This document shows, one piece after another, positions 49,499-59,628 of a stretch of DNA of 64,000 nucleotides. Origin of the DNA: an uncultured delta proteobacterium (lineage in GTDB: Bacteria; Desulfobacterota; Syntrophia; Syntrophales; Smithellaceae); the NCBI GenBank assembly GCA_963753975.1, contig CAVWEH010000006.1:10703-74702 (forward strand), read 5' to 3'. Numbering within the stretch: position 1 is the first letter of the stretch; each line of letters begins with the position of its first letter. The notes below the pieces were generated by a model, which saw only the letters and a program-made list of their open reading frames with translations, was not told the DNA's origin and did not search any database. The position numbers and the translations under genes are program-made.

Positions 49499-51241
49499 AT
49501 GTTCTCTGAAAGGAATAAATATATTATGATAAGAAAACCAGTTCGCTTCAAAAAGATATATGCGGCAACTGCTATTTTAGCGTTGCTATTAGCATCTTCT
49601 GTGGGAATCTGCGGCAGTTCATCGTCTTATGCCGCGTCTGATGTCCATGCGTCATCTACAGCCTGGAGCTTTGGCGTTATGGGCGATACCCAGTGGACAC
49701 TCGCTACCGACCCTGCCGGCAATAATCCCAACGGCGTTTCCGCATCGATTATTGACCAGATAAACCAACAGTTCATCAGCAAAGGCGTGAAGTTCGTCAT
49801 TCAGGTTGGTGATTTAACCGAGAACGGCAATGATGCCGCCATCGCCTCGCGCGCCGTCGCCGCGCAGGTGCTCTACAATGCAGGCATAGGATTTTTTCCC
49901 ATGCGCGGCAACCACGAAACGTCCGCCAAACCAGCCAACGGCTATGCCATTGCGGCATTCCGAACCAACTTCCCACAAACGCAGTGCTTGAGCAAAACGT
50001 TCGGAGCCACCAACTGCAGCAGTCCTTCCTCGGTCAGCAGTGATCTTACCGGCATGAGCTACTCTTTCGATTACGGTTCGACGGGCAATAATGCCCGTTT
50101 CGTCATTATCGATGATTGGGCGACGCCGAGCAAAAGAGTTGACGCCGCCGACTATCCATACGGTTATTCCATCTCCGATCAGCAGTCTTGGATTAGCAGT
50201 CGCCTGGACAAGAACACTCGCAACGTCCGGCATGCCTTTGTCTTCTCCCACCAACCCTTTATAGCCGAGAACCACCAGGATTCTCTTTTTAGCGGCTATA
50301 CGAACGCGAACCCGGACATGCAAAACGTCTTCTTCGCCAGCTTGCAGAATAATAACGTCAGGTATTACATCAGCGGTCACGACCACATTCACCAGCGGTC
50401 CATCATCGTAAGCCCCGACGGCATTTCGAGAATTCAGGAACTCATCAGCGCCTCCGCCAGCAGTAAGTTCTACACGCCCAAGGATCTGATTGACACCAAA
50501 TGGTATGGGCAGAAGTCGCGTGAGACTTCCGTGTCCCAGGAATTGTATACGGTCGGTTACTATATATTCACTATCGATGGCCCTCGCGTGACTGTCGATT
50601 ACTACTCCGACGACCACGGCGGCTGGCTGTCAGACGAAAACTATCCGGCTGCGACCAATAACGGCTTCACTAATAAGGTCACACCTGCCTTCAATTTCGT
50701 AAAGAAGGCGACCTGGGGTTATAGCCTGAATGGCAGGGAATTTCTTGTCGGCGGAACCAATGGTACTTCCTATACTGTGGTTCGGGACAACTGCGGTAAT
50801 ACATCGGCAAATATTCTTGCCGGTACTTACAGCAACAACGTCAAGGACTACAACGGCCGCGTTCTCGCTCAGACCGTGGACACCGGCTGGTCACCCGGGC
50901 CGGCGGGCACACTAAGTAACATCCTTACACTCTGGGGCATGACCAGCGCCATGGGCAGCAATCAGAGCGACATGTATACGCTCTCCATGAGTTATGACCC
51001 CAAGAGTGTGAATACTACGAAGGCAAAAAAAGGGTTTATCGGTTTAGCCACCCTAAGTGCCAATGGCAAGTGGGTTAACGCCGTATCCAAGAATATCGGC
51101 GGCACCCCGAGGTTCGTTTACGGCAAATGGAAATCCGGCTATGGTTTGGGCACATACGGCATCGACACCGGCACGAACACCGTTTGGGCGGTCCTAAATT
51201 ATAACGGTAATTTTGTCGTCGCTCCCGGATATGAACATTAG
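49499..51241 (+). CDS. Secreted calcineurin-like metallophosphoesterase
   Basis: Signal peptide; GDTQ, QVGDL, RGNHE, FSHQP, SGHDH. Confidence 0.88.
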   Translation: MFSERNKYIMIRKPVRFKKIYAATAILALLLASSVGICGSSSSYAASDVHASSTAWSFGVMGDTQWTLATDPAGNNPNGVSASIIDQINQQFISKGVKFVIQVGDLTENGNDAAIASRAVAAQVLYNAGIGFFPMRGNHETSAKPANGYAIAAFRTNFPQTQCLSKTFGATNCSSPSSVSSDLTGMSYSFDYGSTGNNARFVIIDDWATPSKRVDAADYPYGYSISDQQSWISSRLDKNTRNVRHAFVFSHQPFIAENHQDSLFSGYTNANPDMQNVFFASLQNNNVRYYISGHDHIHQRSIIVSPDGISRIQELISASASSKFYTPKDLIDTKWYGQKSRETSVSQELYTVGYYIFTIDGPRVTVDYYSDDHGGWLSDENYPAATNNGFTNKVTPAFNFVKKATWGYSLNGREFLVGGTNGTSYTVVRDNCGNTSANILAGTYSNNVKDYNGRVLAQTVDTGWSPGPAGTLSNILTLWGMTSAMGSNQSDMYTLSMSYDPKSVNTTKAKKGFIGLATLSANGKWVNAVSKNIGGTPRFVYGKWKSGYGLGTYGIDTGTNTVWAVLNYNGNFVVAPGYEH

Positions 51242-51280
51242 GCAACAATGGTTCTGATCCTCAGGCAAAGAGAAGCCTAA

Positions 51281-51359
51281 TGATAAAGTATTGCTTTTTC
51301 CACGATTGAACTCTTGAGGAATATCGGTCCTGTAAGCAATTAAATATTAGCCGCAAAAT
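51281..51359 (-). mobile_element. Degenerate promoter-bearing repeat copy
   Basis: TCGGTCCTGTAAGCAATTAAATATTAGCCGCAAAAT aligns with the family; -35 and -10 both mutated. Confidence 0.6.
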
Positions 51360-51404
51360 ATAAGCTGAGGTATAGATGAGGCAGAAAGGGAATGTAACCA
51401 GCGG

Positions 51405-51794
51405 TCATTCCCTGTTTTCACTATGGTCGTCAGATTCTAAGATGAATGGCAAGCGATTGGCAACAAAGAAAAGTACAAAGGATATAAAAAAGCTAATACC
51501 GGCTACCGTGAAGGCGAGTGATTTTCCATGCCATAATCCCACAAACCAGCGACTGAAATCATCCGCAAAGAGCGCCGCCTTTCCGCCATATAGTTCCAAA
51601 TCGCGCCTGTACGTCCGGGAATCTTCAGGCCTAAGCGGATAAGCAGATCCATTTATTATTTCGTAACCCAAAACACTGCCCGAATCGTCCCCGGCTGACT
51701 GATAAATCAAGATAGCAATACCCAAACCAGCCACCATGATAATGGCGCCTATGAAGATAAGGCTTTCTTGCAGATCTGCGACTTTCCGTTTCAT
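51405..51794 (-). CDS. Small two-TM membrane protein
   Basis: Two hydrophobic segments flanking Y.R.LELYGGK...WHGKSLA. Confidence 0.7.
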   Translation of the reverse strand: MKRKVADLQESLIFIGAIIMVAGLGIAILIYQSAGDDSGSVLGYEIINGSAYPLRPEDSRTYRRDLELYGGKAALFADDFSRWFVGLWHGKSLAFTVAGISFFISFVLFFVANRLPFILESDDHSENRE

Positions 51795-51804
51795 AGCAGT
51801 TTTG

Positions 51805-52554
51805 TTAATTTGCGGCGTGGGCCTTCCCGACGTACCCGGGATCAAAGTTCGCCATGATCGCCCGACGCGTTTTGTCGATTAGCTCTTGAACGGTTTCGGC
51901 GGTATAGCCGCTGGTATCGATGGGGTCCCCGATGACGACCTGGATCTTTCCCGGTTTCACCACGAGGCTTCCCTTGGGCAAAACGCGCCTACTTCCATTG
52001 ACGGTAACCGGCAGGATAGGGATCTTGCGCGCGATGGCTGCCATGAATCCCCCTTTTTTGAATTCGTGAATCTGCCCGTCGGGCGATCTGGTCCCTTCGG
52101 CAAACACCATTACGCCCGCATCTTTGGGCAGCCGATCCATGCCCTTGTTAATGCTCTCGATTGCCCTGGCGGTATTCACGCGGTCGATAAAGATGTTCCT
52201 GGAGGCGTAGAGCGCGTATCCGAAAATCGGGATTTTGAGAACTTCCTTTTTAATGAACCAGCGAAATTGAATGCCCAGCGTGGTGACCACCGCCAGGATG
52301 TCGAAGAGCGACTGGTGGTTGGAAATAATGATATAGGATCTACCCTTCAGAATCTTCGCTCTGTTTTTTATTTCCGTACGGACAAAGGATACGGCCAGCA
52401 TGGTGTAGGCCCAGAGCTTCGAAATGGAGAACGCTAGATTGCCGGTACGGCTCATGAGGCCCGCAACCATGACGGGAATGCCCAGGATAATGGTCGCCAC
52501 TGCCGCCCATAAAGCAAGCCACGCAACACGGATTGCCCTGAATAGTGATCTCAT
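51805..52554 (-). CDS. Lysophospholipid acyltransferase (PlsC family)
   Basis: NHQSLFD, FIDR, FAEGTRS. Confidence 0.93.
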   Translation of the reverse strand: MRSLFRAIRVAWLALWAAVATIILGIPVMVAGLMSRTGNLAFSISKLWAYTMLAVSFVRTEIKNRAKILKGRSYIIISNHQSLFDILAVVTTLGIQFRWFIKKEVLKIPIFGYALYASRNIFIDRVNTARAIESINKGMDRLPKDAGVMVFAEGTRSPDGQIHEFKKGGFMAAIARKIPILPVTVNGSRRVLPKGSLVVKPGKIQVVIGDPIDTSGYTAETVQELIDKTRRAIMANFDPGYVGKAHAAN

Positions 52555-52623
52555 AGCATAGCTTCCTTTTATTATTTTATTCCATCACAAAAAATAGGTT
52601 CGTGTTACCTTGAGGTGCTCCCT

Positions 52624-52697
52624 TAAGAGATTGCTTGTTCATGATGGAACTATAAAATTGTCGGTCTTGTATGTCAATTAAATATTGACCGCAAATT
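52624..52697 (-). mobile_element. Promoter-bearing repeat (oriIS-like end) upstream of plsC
   Basis: TTGACA(52672-77)-17-TATAGT(52649-54); GTCAA-TTAAATA-TTGAC. Confidence 0.75.
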
Positions 52698-52943
52698 TTA
52701 ATTAAATGCTTTGAACAATATTTACTTTAGAAACACCTCTTTAAGTCCCTCCTCTCGCCAATCACAATATCAATAGATAACGGCTACCAATATCCGCCTA
52801 TTAAATTATCATTGCCCGCTTGGTTCTTATGTAGTAATCAACGCATAAGACTATGGCATTCTTCTGCAAGTGATAAAAATGCTTATTCTTTCCATTGTTT
52901 ATTTTTTATGGGTGTATCAATATCTGATTATGAGGTAAAAGAA

Positions 52944-54155
52944 ATGAAAATCAAATATTGTTCAAAAGCAATAATAGGGCTGCTCGCGTTGTCTCTGGCG
53001 TTGCCGATGTCGCTTCCAGCGCAGGAACCGGGAGGGGACGCGGTCACACAGCAGCAGCTGATCTATTCACAGGAAGAGCTCGATAGGCTTCTTGCGCCAA
53101 TAGCCCTGTATCCGGATACACTGCTTTCGCAGGTTCTTATGGCATCAACCTATCCTCTGGAAGTGGTCGAGGCGGACCGCTGGCTTAACAAGAATCAAAG
53201 TCTGACCGGGGATTCGCTGGATACGGCTCTTAAGGAAAAGTCTTGGGACGTCAGTGTAAAATCATTATGCCACTTTCCCAAGGTGCTGGCCATGATGAGT
53301 GACAAACTTGATCTGACCAATGATCTGGGGAATGCCTTTCTTGACCAACAGGATCAGGTGATGAATACAATCCAGAATCTGCGCGCCAAAGCGCAAGCTC
53401 AGGGCAACCTTTTCTCCACAGATAAGCAGAAAATAACTTCCGAGGAAGGGGCAATATCGATCGAGCCTGTTACTCCCGAGGTTATTTATGTTCCTTTCTA
53501 TGATCCCTGCTGGGTTTACGGCCCCTGGTGGTATCCTGCCTGCGGGCCTTCGTGGTTTTGGTATCCGGGAGTTTTTGTCGGCGCCGGTTTCTTTTTCGGC
53601 CCCGCCATATTTATCGGCCCTCTGGATTTCTGGTGCGGTTTCCGCTGGCATCGGCATGAGATATTTGTCAATGTAGATAAAACATTTGTCGTCCACAGAC
53701 CTTCGATTACCAGAATGCATGGCGGCACAGAGGTCTGGGCGCACAATCCTGTTCATCGCCGCGGCATAGCCTATCATAATCCGGAAACTGCCCGCAGGTT
53801 CGGCCAGATGCCGCGTCCCGGTGTAGCGGCCCGCAGGTCTTTTAGAGGCTTTGCTCCTGAAAGCAGAGGTACGGGCATGGGTATTAGTCCATCGGCAAGG
53901 CCTGATACCGGCCGCCAGATGATGCAGCCTCGCAGTATAAGTCCCGGTTCAAAGTTGCAGCAGCCAATGAGAACCCAACAGGGACGAGCCGCAATACAGC
54001 CGCAGAGAGGCAATGCCTTTGAAAGCTTCGGATCAAGCGGCCGAGAAGTTACTCAGCACAGTGAACGCGGCCAAAGCAGCCTTGGCGCGAGCCCAGGAGG
54101 TGGAGGTGGTTTTCGTGGCGGCGGCGGATCTTATGGCGGAGGCCGGATGCGCTGA
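52944..54155 (+). CDS. DUF3300 domain secreted protein
   Basis: LAPIALYPDTLLSQVLMASTYPLEV; Gly/Arg-rich tail. Confidence 0.88.
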   Translation: MKIKYCSKAIIGLLALSLALPMSLPAQEPGGDAVTQQQLIYSQEELDRLLAPIALYPDTLLSQVLMASTYPLEVVEADRWLNKNQSLTGDSLDTALKEKSWDVSVKSLCHFPKVLAMMSDKLDLTNDLGNAFLDQQDQVMNTIQNLRAKAQAQGNLFSTDKQKITSEEGAISIEPVTPEVIYVPFYDPCWVYGPWWYPACGPSWFWYPGVFVGAGFFFGPAIFIGPLDFWCGFRWHRHEIFVNVDKTFVVHRPSITRMHGGTEVWAHNPVHRRGIAYHNPETARRFGQMPRPGVAARRSFRGFAPESRGTGMGISPSARPDTGRQMMQPRSISPGSKLQQPMRTQQGRAAIQPQRGNAFESFGSSGREVTQHSERGQSSLGASPGGGGGFRGGGGSYGGGRMR

Positions 54156-54196
54156 ACAACGCGTGCAAGATTCAACATCTACAAGATGGAGGAATA

Positions 54197-55150
54197 GTGA
54201 TGAGCATATTTGTGCATAAAAGAAAAAATAGTTTAATTAAACCTATAGGTTATTGTATCATTATTACGGCCATGTTTATTTTCATCCTCGACAGCGAAAG
54301 CTATGCAGCCAAAATGACCCAGCGGACATTCACTTCTCCGGATAAGGCATTCGACATGCTGCTGGCGGCGGTTAAGAGCGATGACGCCGGGAAATTAGCG
54401 GCCTTGTTCGGCCCCCAATGGAAAGATATTTTCCCGGCAGACAAGGTGGCCAATGCCAAGGCACGGGAAAGATTTGCCAAGGCCTATGATGAAAAACGCA
54501 GACTGGAGAATGTAGGAACAAATAAAGTAGTATTGCACGTTGGTGATAATGACTGGCCATGGCCTGTTCCGGTTGTCAAAACGGGCAATCACTGGCGTTT
54601 TGATACCCGGGCAGGAATAAAAGAAATCATTGCCCGCAGGATCGGCAAGAATGAAGTTTCGGCCGTCCAGGTCTGCCTTGCGTATGTGGATTCACAACTG
54701 GAATATGCCCGTGAGCACCGTTTTGAGGGCATGGGTGAATATGCGCAAAAGTTGACCAGCGATCCGGGCAAGAAAAACGGACTTTGCTGGTCTTCAAAGG
54801 ATGGAGAAAAACCAAGCCTGCTTGGGCCTCTGATTGCCGCCGCCTGTAAGACGGAACCAACGCAGCCGGGAACGGAGATCTCTCCTTATCACGGCTTCTA
54901 CTACAAGATACTCAAAAGCCAGGGTAAAGACGCGCCGGGTGGAGCTTACGCTTATGTTGTGGATGGGAAAATGATCGGCGGATTTGCTCTGGTTGCCTAT
55001 CCCGCCGAGTATGGCTCTTCGGGGATAACAACATTTATAGTGAATCAGGACGGAATCGTTTATCAGAAAGATCTGGGTAAGGATACGGAAAAGATTGCCG
55101 AATCGATGGAGAGCTATAATCCTGACTCTACCTGGAAAAAAGTGGATTGA
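54197..55150 (+). CDS. DUF2950 family protein
   Basis: DWPWPVP, RRIGKNE, PYHGFYYKIL, GFALVAYPAEYGSSG; typical DUF3300 partner. Confidence 0.9.
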   Translation: MMSIFVHKRKNSLIKPIGYCIIITAMFIFILDSESYAAKMTQRTFTSPDKAFDMLLAAVKSDDAGKLAALFGPQWKDIFPADKVANAKARERFAKAYDEKRRLENVGTNKVVLHVGDNDWPWPVPVVKTGNHWRFDTRAGIKEIIARRIGKNEVSAVQVCLAYVDSQLEYAREHRFEGMGEYAQKLTSDPGKKNGLCWSSKDGEKPSLLGPLIAAACKTEPTQPGTEISPYHGFYYKILKSQGKDAPGGAYAYVVDGKMIGGFALVAYPAEYGSSGITTFIVNQDGIVYQKDLGKDTEKIAESMESYNPDSTWKKVD

Positions 55151-55282
55151 TGCATCCCGACCAATAATCCAAAATTCGAAGCGGGAATATAGTTAAAGAA
55201 AATAGCCGCAAGCTTTTTGCAAAACGAAAGAGAAAGATTTGGCAGGTGCCCTTGATGGCCGGCACCGTAAGTGGTCTTCTTT

Positions 55283-56483
55283 CTACTTATGCAGCTTCTT
55301 TTTAAATTGTTCCGTCAATGCCGGGACAATCTGAAACAAATCACCCACAATGCCGTAATTGGCAATATTGAAAATCGGCGCGTCTGGATTCTTATTGATG
55401 GCAACAATCACCCTGGATGTCTTCATGCCGGCCAGATGCTGTATTTGTCCGGAAATGCCGCAGGCAATATACAGGTCGGGACGCACCGTGCGGCCGGTTT
55501 GTCCCACCTGATGAGCATAAGATATCCATCCTGCATCCACAGCGGAGCGCGATGATCCCACCGCACCGCCTAATACCTCGGCCAATTTACGGATCGTCTC
55601 GAAACCAGCCGGACCACCAACACCGCGTCCACCGGACACGATTATGCGGGCATCAGCCAGATTAACTTCATCTTTTTCCAGGATGGAATCCACTACATGC
55701 GTCGTAATTTGATCTGTTCTCATGGCAGCGTTGATTGGAATGACCTGTCCCTGACGGCGGTAATCGGCAACGGGCATTTCAAATACACGATGGCGCACAG
55801 TGGCCATCTGCGGGCGATGATCGGGACAAATGATGGTAGCCATGATGTTGCCGCCAAAAGCCGGACGGGTCTGCAGTAATAAACCTTTCTCCGGATCAAT
55901 ATCAAGACCGGTGCAATCAGCGGTGAGCCCCGTGTAGAGAATAGAAGCTACTGAACCGGCAAGATCACGGCCACGCGAACTGGCACCCAGCAGGAATATC
56001 TCCGGTTTGTACTCGCGAACCAGGTTAATCAGCGTACTTGCATAGGGTGCTGTGCTGTATGCGGCAAGACTTTGGTCATCCGCCAAAAAAACACGATCTG
56101 CTCCGAAAGAAATGGCTTCTTTGGCAATGTGTCCCACATTGTGCCCCAACACGCACGCAGTGAGGAGAACTTTGCGCTGGTCGGCCAGCTTTCGGCCCTG
56201 ACCCAGCATCTCCACAGAAATGCTTCCGATCTTACCATTGAACTGTTCCACCCAGACCCACACTCCGCTGTATGCTGCAAGGTTTTCCGCAGTTTCCTGC
56301 GGACTGCGCCTCCGGCAGATTGAGCGCATGCACCGGACACGCAAGCAGGCATGCTCCGCAGGCCGTACATTTATCGTTAACCACGGCCAGATTATCCACC
56401 AGACTAAGCGCTCCTAATGGGCAGGCTTCAACACAGCCGCCGCAGCCGATGCACTTATCTTTATCTATTTCCAAAAGAGGCAT
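55283..56483 (-). CDS. etfA: Electron transfer flavoprotein alpha subunit with N-terminal 2x[4Fe-4S] ferredoxin domain (frameshift near 56310)
   Basis: [24 protein letters not shown] in one frame; [21 protein letters not shown] in the next. Confidence 0.9.
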
Positions 56484-56492
56484 GGCTTCTCC

Positions 56493-57294
56493 TTAAAGAA
56501 TCTTTTCCGCAATAATTTTATCGGCGAGTATTGCCGCAGATTGCTCAACACTATCTGTCTTAATCAAATCCAAAACGCCCTCGCGTTTGGGCGGGCTGAA
56601 AATCTTTATTACTTGTGTCGGGCTGCCCTGGAGACCTAATTTAGACGGATCCGCTCCGGGTAAATCGGCAGCAGTCCATGTGGGAATCAGGAGTTTGGAA
56701 GCGCGGCGAATGTGAAAAAGCGTAGTTGAGCGCGGCTGATTGATATCCTTCACCACGGTGAGTAGAGCGGGCAATCTGGCTTCCACGATCTCCCGGCCCT
56801 CTTCCAGCAGGCGTTCCACTGTAATCGCACCGATCTCCGGTTCCAGTTTGATAATCTTAAAAACATAGGTGAGCTGAGTAATGCCGAGCTGGCTCGCTAT
56901 GCCCGGACCTACCTGTCCGGTATCGCCGTCAATGGCTTGCTTGCCGCACAGAATAATATCGAATTTACCCAATTTTTTTATGGCCAGAGCCAGAGTATAT
57001 GATGTCGCCCAGGAGTCCGAACCGGCAAAAGCGCGGTCGGAAAGCTGGATAGCCTCATCCGCCCCCATTCCGACGGCTTCCTTGAGCGCATTAATGGCTT
57101 GCGGCGGCCCCAGCGAAATAACTAAAACCTTGCCCCCGAATTTTTCCTTCAGACAGGAGAGCTTCTTCAATAGCGTACATGTCAAAAGGATTGATAATGC
57201 TGGTTATGCCTTCACGAATTAACGTATTGGTCTCCGGATTAATTTTAACTTCCGTTATGCCCGGCACTTGTTTAATGCAAACGATTATATTCAA
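56493..57294 (-). CDS. etfB: Electron transfer flavoprotein beta subunit (frameshift near 57160)
   Basis: IIVCIKQVP, NPFDMYAIEEAL; GKQAIDGDTGQVGP. Confidence 0.92.
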
Positions 57295-57445
57295 TTAAAA
57301 ACCTCGTCTTCTTTATTCAAAATAAAACTATCCCTGACGTTTCGCTGATAATATAGTAATAAAATAGGCGATGTCCAGATTATCCGTATTTTTTTCTTGG
57401 CCGGGTCGATTGAAAGATAAGAACGGCGAATGACAGAGGACAGAG

Positions 57446-59440
57446 CTAGCCCATCTCCAGCAAAATCTTGTTTAACTCTTTTAGCTCGTCACGTAGTTCG
57501 GCGGCTCTTTCGAATTCCATATTTTTTGCCGCCTGCTTCATTTCTTTAGTCAACTTGGCAATCAACGCCGGCAAATCTTCTTCTGTCCGGGAGCAATTCC
57601 GGTTTTCCGCTCGATCGGCACGGTCATGTAATCAGCTTCATAAATTGAACTTAAAACATTGCTGATCGACTTTTTAATCGATTCCGGTGTTATATTATTT
57701 TCTTCGTTATATTTACGCTGGATAATCCGGCGCCTTTTTGTTTCATCAAGACAAGCCTGGATGGATTTGGTGGCTACATCGGCATACATTATAACTTTTC
57801 CGGCAACATTTCGCGCGGCACGTCCGCTCGTCTGAATAAGGGAGCGCTCCGAGCGCAAGAAATCCTTCCTTGTCGGCATCCAGAATCGCTACCAGCGATA
57901 CTTCGGGAATGTCCAATCCTTCACGCAAGAGGTTTACGCCGATAAGGACATCGAATTCCCCCAGGCGCAAGTCCCGGATGATTTCCACCCTCTCCAATGT
58001 ATGTATATCGGAATGGAGATAGCGGACTCGGATATCCAGGCCTGCGTAGTAATCGGTTAAATTTTCCGCCATCCTTTTGGTTAGAGTTGTTACCAGCACC
58101 CGTTCGCTGTTCTTAATTCTCAGCCTGATTTCTTCCAGTAAATCGTCAACCTGATGCTTTGCCGGTTTTACTTCAATTTCGGGATCCATCAATCCGGTCG
58201 GACGGATAATTTGCTCGACACGTTTACCCTGCGTTTTTTGCAATTCGTAGGCAGCGGGGGTTGCGGAAATATATAGTCTCTGGTTGTTTAATGCCTCATA
58301 TTCGTCAAAACGCAAGGGGCGGTTATCCAAAGCGGAAGGCAGACGGAAGCCGTATTTAACCAGAGTTTCTTTGCGGGATCTGTCGCCTCGATACATACCG
58401 GTCAATTGCGGTAAAGTAGCGTGGCTCTCATCGATAATGATGAGGGCGTCTTGCGGCAGATATTCCATGAGAGTCGGCGGCGGCTCGCCGGGTTTGCGTC
58501 CGGTTAAATGGCGGGAATAGTTTTCGATGCCCTGGCAATAACCCATCTCTTCCATCATTTCCAAGTCAAAATTAGTCCGCTGTTCGAGGCGCTGAACTTC
58601 CAGTAATTTATTTTGCGCTTTATATTCGGCAAGTGTAAGTGCCAACTCCGTCCGGATATCGGCAATCGCCCTTTTCAGATTATCGCGAGTCGTAACATAA
58701 TGGCTGCCCGGGTACACTGCCGCTTTGTTAACGGCTGACAATTTCTTGCCGCGCAAGGGATCAATAAGTGTCATTGATTCTATCGTATCGCCGAAAAATT
58801 CCACCCGCAGCGCCTGTTCACTTTCATAAGGAGGAAATATTTCCACTACATCGCCGCGCACGCGAAAAGTGCCGCGGTGAAAATCAATATCGTTACGCTC
58901 ATATTGAATTTCCACGAGCCTTTTTAAAACTTCTTCCCGCGGAAATTCCATACCCGCTTCCAAATGCACCAACATTCCCAAATACGCTTCGGGCGAGCCC
59001 AAACCGTAAATGCAGGAAACGCTGGCCACGATAATTACATCAGGCCGGGTCAAAAGTGAATGAGTGGCTGAGTGACGCAGCTTATCAATTTCTTCATTGA
59101 TGGCTGAATCTTTTTCAATATATGTATCCGTTCTGGGCAGATATGCTTCCGGCTGATAGTAATCGTAATAGCTGACAAAATATTCCACGGCATTTTCGGG
59201 AAAAAGGCCTTTGAATTCCTCATACAGTTGGGCGGCTAAGGTTTTGTTATGCGCAATAATCAGCGCCGGCCGCTGCACGGAACAAATAACATTGGCAATG
59301 GTAAAAGTTTTACCCGAACCGGTAACTCCCAAAAGAACCTGATGTTCTTTTCCCTTTTCCAAACCCTTTACTAAGTTGGAAATTGCCTGCGGCTGATCTC
59401 CTGCCGGGACAAAATCAGTGACCATTGAAAATTTTTCCAT
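57446..59440 (-). CDS. uvrB: Excinuclease ABC subunit B (two frameshifts in 3' part)
   Basis: [32 protein letters not shown] / [16 protein letters not shown]-terminal UVR coil. Confidence 0.96.
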
Positions 59441-59628
59441 AGAACCTTTTAACAAACATATATTTTACTGCGATAAAAATCTATCATGTCCCGGCCAAAT
59501 TGACGATAAAAGAAAGAGAGAAGTAAAAAGCAATAAGACGCGAGCAGGGTTATTAATAAACCTGCATCCTTTAAGTGATATATTACTTTTAATTTTGTGT
59601 TTGTCTATATCGCCTTTGAACTTGCCTT

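Noticed and set aside
49814..50617. Long antisense or overlapping ORFs (also 18710-19390, 47507-48100, 61972-62502)
   Set aside because: Shadows of well-supported genes or MITEs, with no recognisable protein motifs.
31398..52697. CRISPR array reading of the dispersed repeats
   Set aside because: Copies are kilobases apart, separated by whole genes, and no cas genes are present.
55283..59440. Programmed frameshifting or pseudogenisation of etfA, etfB and uvrB
   Set aside because: Conserved motifs are intact on both sides and no slippery-site/structure signals are evident; sequencing indels are more parsimonious.
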